Source: an uncultured Bdellovibrionales bacterium
GTDB lineage: Bacteria; Patescibacteriota; Minisyncoccia; Moranbacterales; GWC2-37-73
Direction: 5' to 3'
Length of the DNA stretch: 64,000 nucleotides
Assembly: GCA_964484505.1 (NCBI GenBank)
Contig: CAZAFB010000002.1
Coordinates: 9,679 to 73,678 of the forward strand
Under the pieces are notes generated by a model. The model was not told the origin of the DNA. It was given only the letters and a program-made list of their open reading frames with translations, and did no database searches. Position numbers and translations under genes: made by a program. Positions 59,212 to 64,000 of the stretch are shown here, piece by piece. Every line of letters begins with the position of its first letter. The first letter of the stretch is position 1.

Positions 59212-60309
59212 TCATTTTCTTTGATATTCTTCTACTCCGCGCAAAGCAAGTCCTACGGCAACGGTAAAAGCTGATCCCAACTTCTCCACATGAGGCAACA
59301 CTGACTCGTCACAAACAATTCTTCGCCAAGGATTACCTAGGGTTGATTTAATACCAAGAGCCTCAGCGAAATACTGCTCAGCCCCTTTCATATGCGCCGC
59401 CCCTCCTGAAAGTATCACTCCATCTATTTTAGCTTGCTGATTATTAGATTTATATGATCCAATCATCCTGTTCGCTTCATCCACAATCATGCCAATAACC
59501 GGCAACACAATTGTTGAATCTTTGGAATTAAGCAGGTCTTTTTCGCCTTTTTTGAATATTTCCGCACGAGACTTGGAAATATTCATACCCTCAGCTATCG
59601 CCTTTGTGATCTCACTGCTTCCAGCATCCATATTTCTGCTTATTCTCACGATACCTTTTTCCACCAGTATTATGTTGGTGGAACGAGCCCCCATGTCCAA
59701 AATAAGGAATGTGCCAGCATCATCGCCTACCAAAGCTCTGGCTATGGAAAAAGTTTCCAATTCTATAGCGCCTATTTCCAATCCTGCAGAATTTATCAAC
59801 CCTTCATATTTGGCAACTTCTTTTTTGGGCGCAGCAACAAGCAACACTTGTAACTTGTCAATCGTGTCTTTTTCATCATTTTTCAAGATAGAGTGATTGT
59901 TTTTCCCGACAACTTCCCAACTAAGAGCTATCTCCTCGACAGTCGCCGGTATATATTTATGCGCCTCAAACTGAATAGCACTCTCCAATTCCTCATTACT
60001 CATTTCCGGAAGCTCAATAAGAGTTATCAATCCGCTGAATCCTGGCAAAGCTACAAAAGATGGCGCCTCCTTCTTGACCCCAGTCTGCTGGCAAAGTTCT
60101 TTGAAACATTCTTTAAGTTTATCCTCGTAGGATTGAAGCTTCATTTCTTTGACATCTTCTACTTGCAAAACCGCATCAAGATCTATCCAACCATAATTGA
60201 TCAGATGAGGACGCTGTTCTTTATATGTTAGTTCGACGATTTTAATCGCAGAAGTGCCGAAATCCACACCAACAAAGTGATTTTTTTTACTTGAAAATAT
60301 ACCTAACAT
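59212..60309 (-). CDS. pilM: Type IV pilus assembly ATPase-fold protein PilM (actin-like)
   Basis: N-terminal VGVDFGTSAIKIVEL phosphate-1 motif of the actin/HSP70 fold. Internal GGAAHMKG and the length of 365 aa also fit. Confidence 0.8.
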   Translation of the reverse strand: MLGIFSSKKNHFVGVDFGTSAIKIVELTYKEQRPHLINYGWIDLDAVLQVEDVKEMKLQSYEDKLKECFKELCQQTGVKKEAPSFVALPGFSGLITLIELPEMSNEELESAIQFEAHKYIPATVEEIALSWEVVGKNNHSILKNDEKDTIDKLQVLLVAAPKKEVAKYEGLINSAGLEIGAIELETFSIARALVGDDAGTFLILDMGARSTNIILVEKGIVRISRNMDAGSSEITKAIAEGMNISKSRAEIFKKGEKDLLNSKDSTIVLPVIGMIVDEANRMIGSYKSNNQQAKIDGVILSGGAAHMKGAEQYFAEALGIKSTLGNPWRRIVCDESVLPHVEKLGSAFTVAVGLALRGVEEYQRK

Positions 60310-60497
60310 TTATTTTTGTCTTAACAGTATTTTTTATGAAAACCCTTTGTTAAAATTATACCACGACATCGATATGACCACAACCAACAGTAAGGAGCAA
60401 CTATTCTTCTTCAAAATCAACATTGACAGTCTGACTTATAAAAAACTAAACTAAATACGTGTTTTAAGCTTACTTTATTATACAACTTTTTGAACTC

Positions 60498-61301
60498 ATG
60501 TTAAAGCTCGCTATTTTTTCAGCTATGCACAGTTTTATTCTAGACACCCTTTTCCCTGTCCGTTGCATCTCCTGCCGCAAATATGGGGATTGGCTATGTG
60601 AAAAGTGCCTCAAAAACATCAAGCTTATCAGTGAGCACTCCTGTCCGCACTGCGAAAAAGTTTCCACTAACTCCGGCACTACTTGCCTTGATTGCCGTGA
60701 TAATTTCTCACTTGATGGCCTGGTTAGTGCCGCCTCTTATCATGATGACACCGTTTCCGAGGCGGTGCATTTTTTCAAATATCGTTTCGTTGAGGATTTA
60801 GCGACGCCACTTGCCGAGTTGATGGCACGATCTTATGTTGATTCCAATAATCCCCTTCCTGACATGATTGTGCCTGTACCACTTCATCCTCGCCGCCTGC
60901 GTTGGCGCGGTTTCAATCAAGCGGAACTACTGGCAAGAGAACTAAGCGCAAAACTAGCGCCGGGAATAAACATAGGGTTTGATAATAATTTAATTGTTCG
61001 CAAAAAATATACGCGACCACAGATGAAAATCAAAAAATATCGCGACCGCATCGCCAATATGCGCAACACGTTTTCCTCTGCGGATGATGTGTCGCTTGTA
61101 AATAAACATATTTTATTAGTAGATGACATTGCCACCACCGGAACCACGCTTTTGGAGTGTGCCAAAATCCTGAAAAAGCTCCATGCGCGCAAAGTAACAG
61201 CGCTCATCATCGCCCGCCAAGAGCTCAAAAAAGATAAGTTTAGGTTTAAGCTTAACACAGCCAAGAACCACCATACCCTTGCTTTTTTCGGCGAAAAGTG
61301 A
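60498..61301 (+). CDS. comF: Competence protein ComF (ComFC-type phosphoribosyltransferase with N-terminal zinc finger)
   Basis: N-terminal CISCRKYGDWLCEKC...CPHCEKVS...CLDC zinc-finger. The C-terminal PRTase motif is HILLVDDIATTGTTLLECAKIL. Confidence 0.8.
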   Translation: MLKLAIFSAMHSFILDTLFPVRCISCRKYGDWLCEKCLKNIKLISEHSCPHCEKVSTNSGTTCLDCRDNFSLDGLVSAASYHDDTVSEAVHFFKYRFVEDLATPLAELMARSYVDSNNPLPDMIVPVPLHPRRLRWRGFNQAELLARELSAKLAPGINIGFDNNLIVRKKYTRPQMKIKKYRDRIANMRNTFSSADDVSLVNKHILLVDDIATTGTTLLECAKILKKLHARKVTALIIARQELKKDKFRFKLNTAKNHHTLAFFGEK

Positions 61302-61364
61302 TATAATGTAAAACTGGTAAATTAACAAATTTTCATTAATCTTTCTTCCCAAAGGAGGTACGAC

Positions 61365-61700
61365 ATGGACTATGACCTGTTGCGTCACCTGGAGATTGAA
61401 ATTGAGAAAGCGGCCGGCAAAGCGGGGAAAAAAATTCCCTTCAATGCCATAAAGAAGAAAGTTATCAATTGTCACGCCAGAGAACTGGGGAATGAACTAC
61501 ATATATATGAAAAAGTAATCTCCTCGGACTTTGGCAAGAAAGGCGGCAGGGCTGCCGCCGAGAAAATATTAATTAAGCAATTCCTGCGTTCGACTCAAAT
61601 AGAAGAGAGTCATGAACAAGAATTGTTTGATATGATCCGCCACGGCGACGTGGAAATAACAGCCGACGGCGATACACTCCCCTTGTATAACGGGGAGTGA
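61365..61700 (+). CDS. Hypothetical small protein
   Basis: 111-aa ORF preceded by a strong Shine-Dalgarno (aaaggaggt) 7 nt upstream of ATG 61365. Confidence 0.5.
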   Translation: MDYDLLRHLEIEIEKAAGKAGKKIPFNAIKKKVINCHARELGNELHIYEKVISSDFGKKGGRAAAEKILIKQFLRSTQIEESHEQELFDMIRHGDVEITADGDTLPLYNGE

Positions 61701-61712
61701 AGGATAGAAAAC

Positions 61713-61744
61713 AAGGGTGTTTGCGTCAATACGCAAACACCCTT
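61713..61744. terminator. Bidirectional intrinsic terminator between convergent genes (13/14-bp perfect stem aagggtgtttgcgt / acgcaaacaccctt, loop caat)
   Basis: Perfect long inverted repeat with U-rich flanks on both transcripts. It lies between 61365..61700 (+) and the histidine kinase (-). Confidence 0.6.
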
Positions 61745-61759
61745 TTGCATTCAAAAATA

Positions 61760-62908
61760 TTATTCGATATTTTCGATATTAAGGCATGGGAGATATATTC
61801 TAAATTCCGTGCCCTCCCCTTCTTTGGAAGAGAAACGAAGATAACCACTATGCCTTTCCACGATTTTAATAGCTGTGGTTACTCCAATTCCTGTGCCCTC
61901 TTTTTTGGTTGTGAAATATTTTTCAAACAACCTCCTTTGGGTTTCTTCATTCATGCCGCAGCCAGTGTCAGAAATGCTAAGTCGGACGTATTTTCCCTTG
62001 GGGACTTCCGCACCGTCTTCATCCAGATCGAAATTTTCCGTGGAAATTACAATTTCCCTGATCTCGCTTTCTTCAACCGCTTGTTTGGCATTTGTAACAA
62101 TATTCAGCACAACGCTGGTTAACTCTCCATAGCTTCCCATGATAAAATAAACTGGCTGCAATTTTCTGCAAATCGAAATTCCCCTTCTGTGAGCATCATT
62201 CATACTCATAGCATAAATATCCTCAGCAATATCATTGATATCCAGAGGATTCATGGAATATCCTCCTTTTGCCATGCGAAGCAAGTTATTTGACAGTGCG
62301 CATACCTTTTCTACACCATTGACTATCATATGGGCAAAATGTTTGTCCTTCTCGGAAGCGTCAGGAGAAGCTTCCAACAGAGAAGCAAAACCCATTATGG
62401 ATGTCATGAAATTCCGGATATCGTGAATAATGCTATCCACTATCATTCCAAGAGAATCGGCGGTTTCCATTCGCATTAATCTTTCCTCAGCCTCAGCAGC
62501 TTCCTTTTCTCTCTTCTTTCTTTCAGAAATATCCCGCACAAACCCGATTGCACCCCAAGTACCGTCATCAAAAGGCAACTTTGATAAGGAAAGTTCGATA
62601 GGAAATTCCTCGCCGTTTTTGCGCAAACTCACCCATTCTGTGGTCTTATCAATAGTCATCCCCTGCCCGGTTTCTTGAAAATATCTAACCCCCTTATCAC
62701 AAGAAGCATGCAGTTCCGTAGTTGCGATAAGCTCGTGAATATCTTTACCCACAGCTTCCTCCGTTGAATATCCGAACATGTCCTCGGCACGCGGATTGAA
62801 ATATATTACCTTATTATCCTTGTCGGTAATAATGATGGCATCTGGTGCCATGTAAAAAATCTTTTCCAAAGCGATACCCAGATCAATCCCACCAAGTTTT
62901 TTTCGCAT
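61760..62908 (-). CDS. Sensor histidine kinase with N-terminal PAS domain (cytoplasmic, no TM)
   Basis: PAS (APDAIIITDKDNKVIYFNPRAEDMFGYSTEEAVGKDIHELI), HisKA (DSIIHDIRNFMTSIMGFASLL) and HATPase_c (SISDTGCGMNEE...GTGIGVTTAIKIVERHSGYL). Confidence 0.8.
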   Translation of the reverse strand: MRKKLGGIDLGIALEKIFYMAPDAIIITDKDNKVIYFNPRAEDMFGYSTEEAVGKDIHELIATTELHASCDKGVRYFQETGQGMTIDKTTEWVSLRKNGEEFPIELSLSKLPFDDGTWGAIGFVRDISERKKREKEAAEAEERLMRMETADSLGMIVDSIIHDIRNFMTSIMGFASLLEASPDASEKDKHFAHMIVNGVEKVCALSNNLLRMAKGGYSMNPLDINDIAEDIYAMSMNDAHRRGISICRKLQPVYFIMGSYGELTSVVLNIVTNAKQAVEESEIREIVISTENFDLDEDGAEVPKGKYVRLSISDTGCGMNEETQRRLFEKYFTTKKEGTGIGVTTAIKIVERHSGYLRFSSKEGEGTEFRIYLPCLNIENIE

Positions 62909-63134
62909 TTTTTTACCCTCCTTTTGTCCTATCAGGTTCGTAATATATTTTTTGAGAATATTTTTAAATAACTTTTTATCGTGCGATTTTATTCTCCTTT
63001 TTGCGTTTTGTCAATACAAACATCACTGATATTGACACTTTTTTTCATTCGTGTAATAATGGTTTTTCACGGCAATATCCGTGTTTTTGTTTTGAATACA
63101 ACACACCAAACGCAAAAAAAAGGGGGGTTAGCTA

Positions 63135-63479
63135 ATGTCTTGGAAAGATTTTTATCTCTTTTTGGCAACATTCAACAGCTTCTTAGATTCATACCTCGGA
63201 AGCCGTCAAGAAATTTCAAGGCTTAATCTGGCACAGGGAGTAACAGTTGTGCATGAAAAATGGGGCTTCTCCGTGTACGTATGCGAGAACCTTTGGGAGG
63301 TGGTGATGGACACCCAGGGTATCAAGAGGATGCTAGGTGATTCCATAAGAAGAATCGACATTTGCGGCAGCAGTATGGATCTGCATGCTCTCGTCTCCAA
63401 ACATCTTCGTCCCAAAAAAATCAGCGGCGGAAAAAAAAGTTTTCAAAATAACGAAGCTCAAGTCGCCAAAGCGGCTTAA
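63135..63479 (+). CDS. Hypothetical protein
   Basis: 114-aa ORF with a strong SD (aaggggggt) just upstream of ATG 63135. Confidence 0.45.
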   Translation: MSWKDFYLFLATFNSFLDSYLGSRQEISRLNLAQGVTVVHEKWGFSVYVCENLWEVVMDTQGIKRMLGDSIRRIDICGSSMDLHALVSKHLRPKKISGGKKSFQNNEAQVAKAA

Positions 63480-63556
63480 GCCAAAACGCTGCAAAAAAGC
63501 AAAGAGCTCTCAGCAAAAGTTGAGAGCTCTTTTTATTTTGTAAAATATTCAAAGCC

Positions 63557-64000
63557 CTAGGCATGCAGCGCTTCTTTGTATACACCGATCACGTCTTCCA
63601 GATTTGCCGTGCGCGGATTGGTAAATGAACAAGCATCTTTCATTGCATTCATTGCCATTTTTTTCAAGTCCCTTTCTTTAACTCCAAGCGCTTTTAAGTT
63701 TACCGGGATACCGATATCTTCGGATAATTTTTTAATTGACTCGATTGCAACTTCTGCAGCCTCTACGACGGAAAGTCCTTCCACATTCTCACCTAAGGCA
63801 ATAGCAATATCGGCAAATCTTTCTTCCTTGGCAATCAGATTAAATTTGGAAACATGCGGCAAGAGAATTGCATTACAAACTCCGTGCGGCAAATCATAGA
63901 AACCTCCTAATTGATGCGCCATCGCATGCACATATCCGAGCGATGCATTATTAAACGCCATCCCGGCCAAAAATTCCGCATAAGCCATTTGGTCGCGCGC
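63557..64000 (-). CDS. Iron-containing alcohol dehydrogenase (FucO/lactaldehyde-reductase-like), C-terminal part; N-terminus beyond window end
   Basis: GYVHAMAHQLGGFYDLPHGVCNAILLPHV is the Fe-ADH signature. The ORF runs off the window edge. Confidence 0.75.
   Translation of the reverse strand, partial: ARDQMAYAEFLAGMAFNNASLGYVHAMAHQLGGFYDLPHGVCNAILLPHVSKFNLIAKEERFADIAIALGENVEGLSVVEAAEVAIESIKKLSEDIGIPVNLKALGVKERDLKKMAMNAMKDACSFTNPRTANLEDVIGVYKEALHA

Overview
This 64-kb, moderately AT-rich window is almost entirely coding, and most genes sit on the minus strand. The gene content is inferred, without any database search, to come from a reduced, probably episymbiotic CPR/Patescibacteria-like genome. 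The contents fall into four blocks.

(1) Positions 1-34950 form one continuous minus-strand block of exported or surface-protein genes. It holds a partial FG-GAP repeat protein and a 4233-aa giant protein with phage-tail-fibre-like VGIGTTSP/LDG repeats, C-terminal thrombospondin-type Ca-binding repeats and an Ig-like domain. A small membrane-anchored HTH protein follows, then a 1778-aa DUF2341 plus multi-LamG (concanavalin-like lectin) protein. Next comes a compact locus of three paralogous small secreted beta-rich proteins, two signal-peptide/C-terminal-TM proteins and small membrane proteins, which resembles Firmicute WxL/DUF916 surface-protein loci. The block ends with a 480-aa FN3/Ig protein and a 2517-aa RCC1-repeat plus FN3-repeat giant protein.

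(2) Housekeeping genes are gyrB, gatCA and NAD-dependent ligA, separated by copies of a roughly 100-bp palindromic MITE-like repeat.

(3) A low-GC island of about 6 kb (about 37.8-43.7 kb) carries hypothetical genes and a large serine recombinase whose 3' end overlaps tRNA-Asp. It lies next to a tRNA-Asp / tRNA-Met(CAT) / initiator-like tRNA(CAT) cluster. It is probably an integrated mobile element and contains two structured non-coding stretches.

(4) A complete type IV pilus/competence locus runs pilM-pilN-pilO-pilB, a receiver-only response regulator, pilT-pilC, two tandem pilA, pilD and three minor pilins. It is followed by comF, a PAS histidine kinase, two hypotheticals and a partial Fe-alcohol dehydrogenase.

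The most unusual feature is the 35-kb surface-protein supercluster, three giant proteins plus a WxL-like locus, which plausibly encodes host-attachment machinery. The T4P operon also shows short ATTCG-type motif repeats in its intergenic regions.
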